Part shown: positions 20,407 through 29,970 of the stretch, piece by piece
How the letters are laid out: each line of letters begins with the position of its first letter
Numbering within the stretch: position 1 is the stretch's first letter
Virus record (IMG/VR): IMGVR_UViG_3300031555_004037
Source: a virus
Taxonomy: Duplodnaviria > Heunggongvirae > Uroviricota > Caudoviricetes
Direction: 5' to 3' (one strand)
Length of the DNA stretch: 64,000 nt
Position numbers and translations under genes: made by a program
The notes under the pieces: model-generated
Database searches by the model: none
Told to the model about the DNA's origin: nothing
Seen by the model: the letters and a program-made list of their open reading frames with translations, nothing else

Positions 20407-20444
20407 AAAAACCGTATAATTTTTTATAGATTGTACGGTTTTTT
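20407..20444 (+). terminator. Intrinsic terminator
   Basis: AACCGTATAAT/ATTGTACGGTT + T tract. Confidence 0.75.
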
Positions 20445-20445
20445 G

Positions 20446-20475
20446 TTTACAAATAAATTAAGGTTGTGGTATCAT
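20446..20475 (+). promoter_or_regulatory. SigA-type promoter
   Basis: TTTACA-N18-TATCAT. Confidence 0.6.
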
Positions 20476-20596
20476 TTAAGTATGAATAAAAAAGTTACCT
20501 TTATATAGAATATCTATAATAATATAAATAACATAATTACTACAACATAAATAATATGTTTGTGATTTTTTAAAAATAATAGAATGGGGTATTAAA

Positions 20597-21319
20597 ATGA
20601 ATGAATTAACAGACGCAATAAAAAGTATAGAAGAAGAAATTGAAGAATTAACTAAAAGAAAAGAATTTTTAGAAAATATAAATATAACCAAAGTTCCAAA
20701 TGAAGATGAATGGCACGAAATGTGTTTATCTAATTTAAGACATAGTGATTTATTAGGACGATTTATTACTAATATTTTTCCTAATGCTACTGATGTAAAA
20801 ATTGGTTGTAATTATGCTCAATTTTCTTTATATGATTTTATTTGTTATATACCTACATCTGCAATTACTGGTATTGAAATTGATACAAAATGGTTTATTA
20901 AAACACAACCACCTATATATATGGATAATAAAACTACATATATACCACCTGTATTAAGAGATTTAATAAAATATGTTAATGCTAAAAATTGGGATGAAAA
21001 ATCTAAGGCGATTCTTGGGTCTAATTATAGAAAATGGTATAGATTTATATTATGGAATTTTAAATATAGATTTAACCACAACAAATATATTGAACAATAT
21101 AATTCACAAAAGGCTGATTATGATGAGAGATTTAATAAATCAGTAGCAGATTATACTGAAACAGTTCGTAAACAAAAAGAGTTAATCAATAAAATGGAAA
21201 ATGTACTTATTCCTGAATTATCAAAATTTACAGATAGAATTAGAATTTATAGACCAACTATATCTTATTCTAGTATTGATAGTTTAGAGAAGATATTAAA
21301 TTATTATAAGGAGAATTAA
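20597..21319 (+). CDS. Hypothetical protein
   Basis: ORF, SD. Confidence 0.6.
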   Translation: MNELTDAIKSIEEEIEELTKRKEFLENINITKVPNEDEWHEMCLSNLRHSDLLGRFITNIFPNATDVKIGCNYAQFSLYDFICYIPTSAITGIEIDTKWFIKTQPPIYMDNKTTYIPPVLRDLIKYVNAKNWDEKSKAILGSNYRKWYRFILWNFKYRFNHNKYIEQYNSQKADYDERFNKSVADYTETVRKQKELINKMENVLIPELSKFTDRIRIYRPTISYSSIDSLEKILNYYKEN

Positions 21320-21322
21320 ATT

Positions 21323-21622
21323 ATGACAAATCCAAAATTAAAAAATTTAATAATGACACTATATAAGAAATGTTTACCTAAACGAAATATTATTTGTTCT
21401 TTATATACACCATTAAGGACAATTTCATTATTTGATGTAGAATCAGAAGAAGAACTTAATAATTTATTGAATTTATCTATTGATATGGTATATGTAAAAT
21501 CATTATTAACAGATATGGAAGTTGAGGCTTATGAATTTAATTTTAAGAATTTTGTTCTTAAAGAGGGAAAATCTACAATTTATATTTTAACAAATAATAA
21601 AGAAGTACCTATTATGTATTAA
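21323..21622 (+). CDS. Hypothetical protein
   Basis: ORF, SD. Confidence 0.55.
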   Translation: MTNPKLKNLIMTLYKKCLPKRNIICSLYTPLRTISLFDVESEEELNNLLNLSIDMVYVKSLLTDMEVEAYEFNFKNFVLKEGKSTIYILTNNKEVPIMY

Positions 21623-21811
21623 ATGAGGGGGATGTTTACAATGAATAAATTAAAAAGATGGATTTTAAGACAATTAGGCATAATACATAAAGTTGACATA
21701 GCCGAACAAGAAATTCTTGATAATATCAGTAAACTTGGGATTGACCAATGTTGGGATGATGAAATTACTGATATAGTTATGTCTGCTCTATCAAAATTAA
21801 GATATAATTAA
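21623..21811 (+). CDS. Hypothetical protein
   Basis: ORF; start may be the second Met. Confidence 0.5.
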   Translation: MRGMFTMNKLKRWILRQLGIIHKVDIAEQEILDNISKLGIDQCWDDEITDIVMSALSKLRYN

Positions 21812-21828
21812 ATAGAAAGGAATTTTTT

Positions 21829-22023
21829 ATGAGTAATGCATATATTTTTGTAAAGGGTGGTTATGAGGGTTGTTCTTTTGGAGAAACTGTATATTTATCT
21901 AAAACAATAGCAGAAGAAGAATTAGAAAAGGAACAAGAAAATCCTAAATCACAATATTATAATCATCCAATGGACGACTTTGGGTGGTATGTGGACGAGT
22001 TAGAACTTGACGAAAGGAAATAA
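21829..22023 (+). CDS. Hypothetical protein
   Basis: ORF, SD. Confidence 0.55.
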   Translation: MSNAYIFVKGGYEGCSFGETVYLSKTIAEEELEKEQENPKSQYYNHPMDDFGWYVDELELDERK

Positions 22024-22028
22024 TAATT

Positions 22029-22421
22029 ATGAAATATGTTATTGCACAATTAGATTTTTATGGAAAACATAATGGTTATTGGACAGAAATCTACAATAAA
22101 GATAATGGAACTTTGCAAGGAAAGATTTTAACTGATATTAAAGAATGTGACGCAAAGATTTATCATAATTATGAAGACGCAATTTCTAATTGTAAGACTA
22201 TTAGTAATAATTGTGATTTATTGTTAGAAGTAATTCCATATTATGATGAAACATCAATATATAATAATAAAAATGATTATCGTGACTTACAAAGAATTGT
22301 ATCAAAATATTCTGTTGAAGATATTGCAAAAGTAATACATTATTCTTTAATGTTAAAAGAGTCAGTAAAATTAACAAATGAATTAAATTATCTTAATTCA
22401 GGTAGTATTAGACCTGAATAA
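22029..22421 (+). CDS. Hypothetical protein
   Basis: ORF. Confidence 0.55.
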   Translation: MKYVIAQLDFYGKHNGYWTEIYNKDNGTLQGKILTDIKECDAKIYHNYEDAISNCKTISNNCDLLLEVIPYYDETSIYNNKNDYRDLQRIVSKYSVEDIAKVIHYSLMLKESVKLTNELNYLNSGSIRPE

Positions 22422-22439
22422 TAATATGGGGGTTATATT

Positions 22440-22739
22440 ATGTTTAAAGTTGATTATTGTTCTTATTGTTATCCATTTGAATCAGATAGAACAGTTGATT
22501 TTTCTAAATTATTTCCTAATATAGATGTTGAAAATATGACAGAAACAGAAATTGATGATTGGATTTGTTCTTTAATTAAACAACATCCATATATAGACGG
22601 ATGTATGAGAATAGAATTTACAATTAGAAGATTTAATGGTTTAGGTTGGGCTGTTTATCATTCTTTAACATTTAGAAATACTAAATATGATAAGCAAAAA
22701 AGAACAGATTTAACTGTTAAATATAGGGAAATGGAGTGA
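22440..22739 (+). CDS. Hypothetical protein
   Basis: ORF, SD. Confidence 0.55.
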   Translation: MFKVDYCSYCYPFESDRTVDFSKLFPNIDVENMTETEIDDWICSLIKQHPYIDGCMRIEFTIRRFNGLGWAVYHSLTFRNTKYDKQKRTDLTVKYREME

Positions 22740-22745
22740 TATAAT

Positions 22746-22943
22746 ATGGTATGCAATAATGATTGTAAAAATTGTTATCGTTATATAAATGCAATAAATG
22801 TCATAAATAAGAAAGCAGATGATATGGATTTAACATATTTTATAGATTCAGACGGAAAATATTGTGTATGTGATATTGATTGGATTGGTAGATTTGATAC
22901 AATTTGTAACTTATTAGATTATTTAGGAATAGAAATAAAATAG
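22746..22943 (+). CDS. Hypothetical protein
   Basis: ORF, SD. Confidence 0.5.
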   Translation: MVCNNDCKNCYRYINAINVINKKADDMDLTYFIDSDGKYCVCDIDWIGRFDTICNLLDYLGIEIK

Positions 22944-22957
22944 AAAGGAAATCACAA

Positions 22958-23209
22958 ATGTTTAATATGATATATCCAACATATATTATTGCTTATTGTA
23001 TAGATACCGACACATTTTTTGTTACTAATCAAAGGAATTTTTTCTATCAGCATAATATAGAATTTAAAGACGAAACTAAAGCAATAAACTTTTTTGAAAA
23101 GAGTATTCCACATTTTATAAATGTTAGAAATGATTTAATGAAATCTGCTGGACAAAAATCTAGTAATTCTATTTATTTGGAAAATACTAAAAAACATTAT
23201 ACCGAATAA
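22958..23209 (+). CDS. Hypothetical protein
   Basis: ORF, SD. Confidence 0.55.
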   Translation: MFNMIYPTYIIAYCIDTDTFFVTNQRNFFYQHNIEFKDETKAINFFEKSIPHFINVRNDLMKSAGQKSSNSIYLENTKKHYTE

Positions 23210-23233
23210 TTTTAATTCCCTTGTAATTTTTTG

Positions 23234-23262
23234 TTTACAAGGGAGTTTTTATGTGTTATACT
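23234..23262 (+). promoter_or_regulatory. SigA-type promoter (cca)
   Basis: TTTACA-N17-TATACT, TG extension. Confidence 0.8.
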
Positions 23263-23299
23263 ATCAATAGTTGATAAAGAAATTAAAGGAGTTGATATT

Positions 23300-24640
23300 A
23301 TGAAAAATATAGAAATGGCAAAGAAAATTGCAGAGAGAGTACATAATCACGGTGGACAGACTTATTTTGTTGGTGGATATGTTAGAGATAAAATTCTCGG
23401 AAAGGAAAACAAGGATATAGATATTGAGGTACATAATATTATTCCAAAGGTACTTAAATCTATTCTCTCCGAACTTGGAGAGATTAAGACTCAAGGTGCT
23501 TCTTTTGGTGTATACAATATTAAGGGATATGATATTGATATTGCACAGCCAAGAAGTGAAATAGCAACAGGTAGGGGTCATAAAGACTTTGAAGTATCTG
23601 TTGACCCTTTTATTGGAACTGAAAAGGCATCAATGAGAAGAGATTTCACTATAAACGCACTTATGGAAGATGTTATTACTGGTGAAATAGTAGACCATTT
23701 TAACGGAGTGCAAGATATTGAAAATGGTATTATTAGACATATTAACGATACTACTTTTAAGGAAGACGCTCTTCGTGTTTTTCGTGCAGCACAATTTGCA
23801 GCAAGATTTGGTTTTGATATTGCTGACGAAACTATTGATATTATGTCAACTATGGATGTATCAACACTTTCAAGAGAAAGAGTATATGAAGAAATGAAAA
23901 AGGCAATGATTAAAGCACCTATGCCATCAACTTTCTTTAATGTACTTAAAATGGCTAATCAACTTGATGTATGGTTTCCAGAAGTAAAGGCACTTATTGG
24001 TTGTCCACAAAATCCAAAATATCATCCAGAGGGAGATGTTTGGAATCATACAATGATGGTTATTGATAATGCTGCTACTATGAGAGATAGTGTTTCTAAT
24101 GCAGAGTTTTTTATGATTGCTGCACTTTGTCACGATTTTGGTAAGCCAGTTGCTACTTGTATTACTGAAAAGGGTGTACAGAGTATTAAGCACGATATTA
24201 TGGGTGTACCTATTGCTAAAGAATTTATGGCTAGAATTAACAATAATGTAGACCTTAATAAGTATGTACTTAATATGGTAGAAAATCATATGGCTCTTCA
24301 TCAGTCTTTCAATAATAAGTCTAAAATTAAGTCTACAAATGCTAAATTTGATATTAGTATTTGTCCTAGTGATATGGTAATGCTTACTATTGCTGATTCT
24401 ATGGGTAAAACTAATACTGAAAATGAAGAGGCAGAATGGATTACTGAAAGATTTAATATTTATAAGGAAACTATAAGTAAACCAGAAGTAATGGGTAAAG
24501 ACCTTATGGCTATGGGTATTATGCCTGGTCCAATTTATAGTGAAATTCTTAAAAATACACATAAGCAACATCTTTCAGGTAGAGATAAGGAATCGGTACT
24601 TAAAGATATTGCTACTAGATATGGTAAAAAGGGGGTATAA
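23300..24640 (+). CDS. cca: CCA-adding tRNA nucleotidyltransferase with HD domain
   Basis: VGGYVRD, KDIDIE, RRDFTINAL, EDALRVFRA, HPEGDVWNHT, HDFGK. Confidence 0.92.
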   Translation: MKNIEMAKKIAERVHNHGGQTYFVGGYVRDKILGKENKDIDIEVHNIIPKVLKSILSELGEIKTQGASFGVYNIKGYDIDIAQPRSEIATGRGHKDFEVSVDPFIGTEKASMRRDFTINALMEDVITGEIVDHFNGVQDIENGIIRHINDTTFKEDALRVFRAAQFAARFGFDIADETIDIMSTMDVSTLSRERVYEEMKKAMIKAPMPSTFFNVLKMANQLDVWFPEVKALIGCPQNPKYHPEGDVWNHTMMVIDNAATMRDSVSNAEFFMIAALCHDFGKPVATCITEKGVQSIKHDIMGVPIAKEFMARINNNVDLNKYVLNMVENHMALHQSFNNKSKIKSTNAKFDISICPSDMVMLTIADSMGKTNTENEEAEWITERFNIYKETISKPEVMGKDLMAMGIMPGPIYSEILKNTHKQHLSGRDKESVLKDIATRYGKKGV

Positions 24641-24642
24641 TT

Positions 24643-25020
24643 ATGAACGCAAATTTACCAAATTTAGAATTATTAGCGTATCAAACAAAGATGATTTTAA
24701 AGGAAGACACTAATTGGTTAGCTTTATGGAATAAATTAAAAGAAGAAAAAATTAAAAAGGGAACTACACCTATTTTTGAATTAACTTGTGAAGTTTTTTC
24801 ACAAATTTGGGGAAGTACATCAACTGCTTTTGGTGGATTTGGTGGTTGTGCTATGACAAAAGCATATACTACCATTTTCCACGAAATAAATACAGATGTA
24901 TATGTTGTTTTTATTGATAATAGACCTGCTTATATGGTTTTAAATGCTACAAAAGAGTTTTTTGAAGATTTAAAAAATCATAATATGGCTAGTGTTGAAG
25001 ATGGTAAAAATAGATATTAA
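24643..25020 (+). CDS. Hypothetical protein
   Basis: ORF, SD. Confidence 0.6.
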   Translation: MNANLPNLELLAYQTKMILKEDTNWLALWNKLKEEKIKKGTTPIFELTCEVFSQIWGSTSTAFGGFGGCAMTKAYTTIFHEINTDVYVVFIDNRPAYMVLNATKEFFEDLKNHNMASVEDGKNRY

Positions 25021-25051
25021 CTTATAAAATAAATATTTTTAATAATAGGGA

Positions 25052-25243
25052 GTGAATAATTATATGGAAACATTTAATATTATATGTTTAATTATTGTTT
25101 GTGCGATTGAGATTGATTATTTTTTATTAAAATATTTTAGAATTAAATATCATTGTATTTTTCCAAAGTGGAAAACTAAATTTGTAATTTTATTGGCTTT
25201 TATATGTCCTTTATTCAATGTATTAAGTTATTATATAACCTAA
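25052..25243 (+). CDS. Small membrane protein
   Basis: Two hydrophobic segments. Confidence 0.5.
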   Translation: MNNYMETFNIICLIIVCAIEIDYFLLKYFRIKYHCIFPKWKTKFVILLAFICPLFNVLSYYIT

Positions 25244-25281
25244 TAAAATACAATAATTTCTTTAATTCCTTATAAAATTTG

Positions 25282-25310
25282 TTGACAAATTAATAAAAAT
25301 CTGCTATAAT
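25282..25310 (+). promoter_or_regulatory. SigA-type promoter
   Basis: TTGACA-N17-TATAAT, TG extension. Confidence 0.85.
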
Positions 25311-25343
25311 AAATACAGTTAAGGAATTAGGGAGGAAATTACT

Positions 25344-27080
25344 ATGATTACATATGCAAAGGTTAATGAAATTTTTAAGACTTTACCTGTTGGTTATTAT
25401 TTAGGTAGAAAGATTAATTGTGTGTTAGACGAAAATTCTAATACTTCATATTTTTCACCTTTTGAAGATAAAATTATTATTGGTTATCCTATGATTGCAA
25501 AGGCTTGTGAAATTATGGAAGATACTGACGATGTAGAAAGTATTGTTCGTGGTTTGTTATATCACGAAATTTCACACGCAATTCTCACACCTAGTTATTT
25601 AAAGGATAGACCTACTAAAAAATATCCTAGTGGTTTAACCAATAATGATATTATCAATATTGTTGAGGACGAGAGAATTGAAACTATTTGTCGTTCTTTG
25701 TATATGAATACAAATTTCCGTAGAAATATTATTCTTCTCAATAATTATAAAGGAGAAGAACCTACTAATGCAAGTGAGGCTTTCTATAGTTTTATTCGTT
25801 TCCATAGTGTAGCAAATAATAAGGACTATTGGCTTAATAGACTTTCTATGCTTATTAGAAACTATAGAAAGATTAATGCGTCCTATACAAAATCATATAA
25901 ATATGAAGACTTTGTTGAACAATATATTTCTGCTTTACTTACTCTTTATGTTGATTTTGTAAAAGAATGGGAAACTGAAAATAAAGAAGAAGAAAAGCAT
26001 AGTAAGGATAGTAAGGATAGTAAGGATAGTAAGGATAGTAAGGATAGTAAGGATAGTAAGGATAGTAAGGAAAATACTGACGATACTACTGATACTGATA
26101 CTGATACTGATACTGATGATACTGATATTGACGATACAGAAAGTGTTTCTTCTAATAGTGAAGAAGAATGTGACGAAAATGAAGAAGAAAACACTAGCAC
26201 ATCTTCAAAATCTACAACTGACGAAACAGATGAAACTGATACTGAAAGTGCGTCTAATTCTATGGATAGTGAAGAAGATAGTTTTAATGAAGAAAATAGT
26301 TTTAATGAAGAAGATATTGAATCTTTATTAGAGGCAATAACCGAATTTAATGATTTAGAAATTGATAATGATGTGTTTAAGTCTATTGCTAATAATGTAA
26401 CTAATAGGTATTATGACGGAGAATTAGAAAGCAAGTTAAATAACATTATTGCAACAAAGTTAAAGAAAAATAAGAATAATGGTAGTGCGATTAATGCTTA
26501 TTCAGGTAGACTTAATGTTCGTTCTATTACTAGAGAAGATTATCGTTGGTGGACACAGAGAAATAGAGAAGGACATATTAAACAGTTCTCTAAAGTACAT
26601 TTTAATCTGTTTATTGATAATTCTGGTTCATTTTATTCAAATGACGAGAGAATGAATACTTTTATTAGAACACTTGATAGAATTAACAATAGTGATTTTA
26701 CTTTTGATGTCATTACTATAAATACTAGAGTGGTTGAATGGACAGACCATAAGAGAGAGTTTATATCTAATGGTGGTAATTGTCTTACTGATACTATCGC
26801 TGATGTAATTCGTAGACATACAAAGCCTGCAACTAACAATTACAATATCGTTTTATTTGACGGAGATGCACATTCCGATGACGGACTTTATCGTTTATCA
26901 AGTGGTAAAATTGAGCCTTTTAAACACTTTGATAATCTCAATACAATTATTATTACCGACCACAGTAATTCAAGATATATTGATAGAGCAGATATGACAA
27001 AAGCAACTGTTAAGTATTGTAGTAATTATTGTGAAGAATTTATCGACACAATTTGTAACTTGTTGGAAAAAGCAATTTAA
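25344..27080 (+). CDS. HEXXH metallopeptidase-like + acidic linker + VWA (CobT/MoxR-partner type)
   Basis: YHEISH, IVEDERIE, FIDNSGS MIDAS, FDGDA. Confidence 0.78.
   Translation: MITYAKVNEIFKTLPVGYYLGRKINCVLDENSNTSYFSPFEDKIIIGYPMIAKACEIMEDTDDVESIVRGLLYHEISHAILTPSYLKDRPTKKYPSGLTNNDIINIVEDERIETICRSLYMNTNFRRNIILLNNYKGEEPTNASEAFYSFIRFHSVANNKDYWLNRLSMLIRNYRKINASYTKSYKYEDFVEQYISALLTLYVDFVKEWETENKEEEKHSKDSKDSKDSKDSKDSKDSKDSKENTDDTTDTDTDTDTDDTDIDDTESVSSNSEEECDENEEENTSTSSKSTTDETDETDTESASNSMDSEEDSFNEENSFNEEDIESLLEAITEFNDLEIDNDVFKSIANNVTNRYYDGELESKLNNIIATKLKKNKNNGSAINAYSGRLNVRSITREDYRWWTQRNREGHIKQFSKVHFNLFIDNSGSFYSNDERMNTFIRTLDRINNSDFTFDVITINTRVVEWTDHKREFISNGGNCLTDTIADVIRRHTKPATNNYNIVLFDGDAHSDDGLYRLSSGKIEPFKHFDNLNTIIITDHSNSRYIDRADMTKATVKYCSNYCEEFIDTICNLLEKAI
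26001..26071 (+). repeat. Perfect 9-bp tandem repeat AGTAAGGAT x7 plus partial (SKD repeats)
   Basis: Read directly; followed by GATACT repeats. Confidence 0.95.
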
Positions 27081-27087
27081 GTATTAT

Positions 27088-27120
27088 AAAAACCACTTGG
27101 ATATATTCTAGGTGGTTTTT
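27088..27120 (+). terminator. Intrinsic terminator
   Basis: AACCACTTGGA/TCTAGGTGGTT + T tract. Confidence 0.75.
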
Positions 27121-27196
27121 ATATTTAAAAAGATGTTGCAATTTAAAAATTTCATTACTATTATAACTATATGAAGATAAGAATTATATATATACT

Positions 27197-27577
27197 ATGG
27201 GGGAATTTATTATGAGTGAGATTATTAAGTTTAGGAACAAATCAGCAAAAACAATGGATAATAATTATAATAAAGGTTTATCGTATTTAAGTTCTTTAAT
27301 GGAATTAGGACTATGTAGTGATTTTGATATTGAAAATGGTATTAGATGGTTACAGTCTAAAAAGAAATATAATATTGAATCTAAAAAACAAGACGAGATG
27401 ATAGACGAACTTATTAAACAGTTACATTATAGAAATAGTATGATTATACCAAAACATTTAATAGAAGAAACAAATAATGGTATTCTTGCAAAATGTCCTA
27501 TTTGTTCTACTCTAATTAAATTTGATAAACATTATAGAATTTTTTGTTATAATTGTGGACAAAAATTGGAAATCTAA
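27197..27577 (+). CDS. Hypothetical protein with Zn ribbon
   Basis: CPIC..CYNCG. Confidence 0.6.
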   Translation: MGEFIMSEIIKFRNKSAKTMDNNYNKGLSYLSSLMELGLCSDFDIENGIRWLQSKKKYNIESKKQDEMIDELIKQLHYRNSMIIPKHLIEETNNGILAKCPICSTLIKFDKHYRIFCYNCGQKLEI

Positions 27578-27637
27578 TAACTTTATATAAAGTTTTTGAT
27601 ATAATGATTATTAAATACATATAATGGAGGTTTTATT

Positions 27638-28210
27638 ATGAATTTTGATTATGTTACAGGTGCAATAGATTATGCGATTATTGCACATAAAGAACAGACT
27701 AGAAAAGGTACAGATATACCTTATATAACCCATCCTGTTAATGTTGGTATATTTTTAAGTCAATTAACAACCGATGAAGATGTAATTGTTTCTGGATTTT
27801 TACACGATGTAATTGAAGATACACCTATAACAGAAGAAGATATTAAAACAAATTTTAATGTAAATGTTTTAAGACTTGTTTTATCTAATTCAGAAGATAA
27901 ATCAAAGTCTTGGGAAGAAAGAAAATCACATACTATAAATTCTATTCAAAATTGTTTTGAAGACGAATTGTTGTTATTATTTGCTGATAAATTTTGTAAT
28001 TTAAAAGATATTTATAATACATATCAAACTATTGGTGACGCTATTTGGTCAAGATTTAATCGTGGACAAGATAAACAAAAATGGTATTATGTAAACCTTT
28101 ATAGAGAATTTAATAAGAGAAAGGATATAATTCCTGAATTATATTTAATGCAATTTAAGATTTTCTTATTAGAGGTATTTGGAAAGGAATGTAAATGGGA
28201 TGAAAATTGA
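27638..28210 (+). CDS. SpoT/Mesh1-like HD hydrolase, candidate (p)ppGpp hydrolase
   Basis: AH..QTRKG..PYITHP, LHDVIEDT, ADK..NL. Confidence 0.82.
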   Translation: MNFDYVTGAIDYAIIAHKEQTRKGTDIPYITHPVNVGIFLSQLTTDEDVIVSGFLHDVIEDTPITEEDIKTNFNVNVLRLVLSNSEDKSKSWEERKSHTINSIQNCFEDELLLLFADKFCNLKDIYNTYQTIGDAIWSRFNRGQDKQKWYYVNLYREFNKRKDIIPELYLMQFKIFLLEVFGKECKWDEN

Positions 28211-28589
28211 TATGAGTTTAATTAAAGAATATCCTAATAAATATAAGTTAAAACCTAGTAATATAAAAAAATTAAAGATATTAGATTGGGATAAATTAAA
28301 AGAACACACTTGGCATAATAATGCTATGTTAAGGGGAGATTGGTATTGTCATCTTGAGGGTTGTAATATCGGTGGAAAATATTTAGATTATGATGAATTT
28401 TGGATAGGTTTTAATCAAGAAAACAATAAAATTGATTTTCATTTTTCAAGTTATGACGGAATGTGTAATTATAAATTTAAAACATTCTATGATAAATCTG
28501 AAATTGAAAATAAATGGGATTTAAATGTTCAAATCAATGCAATTAAATATTTGAATATGCTTATAGATAATGGAATTTTAGGAGTATAA
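28200..28589 (+). CDS. Hypothetical protein
   Basis: ORF. Confidence 0.6.
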   Translation: MKIDMSLIKEYPNKYKLKPSNIKKLKILDWDKLKEHTWHNNAMLRGDWYCHLEGCNIGGKYLDYDEFWIGFNQENNKIDFHFSSYDGMCNYKFKTFYDKSEIENKWDLNVQINAIKYLNMLIDNGILGV

Positions 28590-28590
28590 T

Positions 28591-29268
28591 ATGGTCGGTA
28601 AAATTATATATCCTACAAGACAAGAAGCAATAGATTTCATAATGGAACGACATTATGCAGGTAGAGTACCACAGATAACAAAAGCATTTGGTTGGGAAAT
28701 TGATGGGAGATTGGTGGCAGTTTGTACTTTTGGTAAACCTGCGTCCAATTCTCTTTGTTTTGGTGTTTGTGGGGAAAAACATTCTTCTAATGTTTATGAA
28801 TTAAACAGATTAGTTAGAGTGGAAGATTTAACTTTACAATTAAGTCAATTTGTTTCTGCTTGTTTAAAGGAGTTAAAAAAAGAAAATTGGATTGTTATTA
28901 GTTATTCTGATACTGGAATGTCACATCACGGATATATTTATCAAGCGTGTAATTTTATCTATACAGGTTGTACAAAGCAAAGAACTGATAGATTTGCAGA
29001 GGGTAAACATAGTAGACACGCAACAGAAGATAATGAAAAAGGTATTAGAGTAGTTAGAACTGCTAAACACAGATATATTTATTTCTGTACTAATGATAAA
29101 AAACTTAAAAAAGAATGGATAAATGATTTAAATTATCCTATTATGAACTATCCAAAAGGGGATAATGAAAATTATGAATTAGGACAAGTTTATACACAAG
29201 TCCTTATTGATAAAGATAAAAATGTAATTAAAACAAGTGATTATCAGATGAAAATTAAGGAGAAGTAA
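28591..29268 (+). CDS. Mom-like GNAT-fold DNA modification protein
   Basis: RHYAG, CTFGKP, YELNRL, ISYSD, HHGYIYQACNFIYTG. Confidence 0.7.
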   Translation: MVGKIIYPTRQEAIDFIMERHYAGRVPQITKAFGWEIDGRLVAVCTFGKPASNSLCFGVCGEKHSSNVYELNRLVRVEDLTLQLSQFVSACLKELKKENWIVISYSDTGMSHHGYIYQACNFIYTGCTKQRTDRFAEGKHSRHATEDNEKGIRVVRTAKHRYIYFCTNDKKLKKEWINDLNYPIMNYPKGDNENYELGQVYTQVLIDKDKNVIKTSDYQMKIKEK

Positions 29269-29270
29269 AT

Positions 29271-29552
29271 ATGAGAAATTTTAAAGTTGGCGATATTGTA
29301 AAACATTTTAAAAGAGAATTATTATATCCTCTTGGAAGTGACGGAACTGATTATTTATATAAAATTATTGGTATTGCAAATCACACAGAAACAGGAGAAA
29401 AACTTGTCATATATCAAGCATTATATCAGAATGATAAGGTAAGTTTTGATATTTATGCTAGACCTTATGATATGTTTATGAGTAAGGTAGATAGAGAAAA
29501 ATATCCAACTGTAAAACAGCAATATAGATTTAGTTTATATAAGGGGGCTTAA
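29271..29552 (+). CDS. DUF1653-like protein
   Basis: VKHFK, A.HTETGE.LVIYQALY, YARP..MF.S.VD. Confidence 0.8.
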   Translation: MRNFKVGDIVKHFKRELLYPLGSDGTDYLYKIIGIANHTETGEKLVIYQALYQNDKVSFDIYARPYDMFMSKVDREKYPTVKQQYRFSLYKGA

Positions 29553-29554
29553 TT

Positions 29555-29926
29555 ATGAAATATGCAGAAAAAATTGATATGTGTATGGGTACTGATGAAT
29601 TAAGAACTGCTATTTTAAATAATCCAACATTACCTATTGTAGTATTAACTGATGCAGAAGTTATTGCTGACTCTGACGGTTATTGGTATGGTTCTAATAT
29701 TTCATTTTGTATTAAGGATTTATTAGAATTAAAGGGTGGTTATTATAATGACGGTCAAATTATTGATGATAAAAGTGATTTAGAATATTATTTAAGTGAC
29801 CATTTATGTGAAGAAGAATGGACTAAAGGTTTAACAGATGAAGAATATAATAAAATGATAAAAGAAGAAGTTAAAAAATATGATAATCTTTGGACAAGAT
29901 GTATTGTAATTTACTCATCTACATAA
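29555..29926 (+). CDS. Hypothetical protein
   Basis: ORF, SD. Confidence 0.6.
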   Translation: MKYAEKIDMCMGTDELRTAILNNPTLPIVVLTDAEVIADSDGYWYGSNISFCIKDLLELKGGYYNDGQIIDDKSDLEYYLSDHLCEEEWTKGLTDEEYNKMIKEEVKKYDNLWTRCIVIYSST

Positions 29927-29929
29927 GAA

Positions 29930-29942
29930 CTATTTAATTATA
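29930..29942 (+). promoter_or_regulatory. CTATTTAATTATA motif upstream of the replication operon
   Basis: Exact 13-mer, 5 intergenic copies. Confidence 0.6.
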
Positions 29943-29970
29943 GAGAGAATGAATAGAAAGGGTATGTATT

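Noticed and set aside
26001-26071. CRISPR array
   Set aside because: 9-bp tandem repeat without spacers, in frame within a CDS; no cas genes
23264-26839. Minus-strand ORFs inside cca and the VWA gene, and similar overlaps elsewhere
   Set aside because: Antisense shadows of well-supported genes, no SD or motifs
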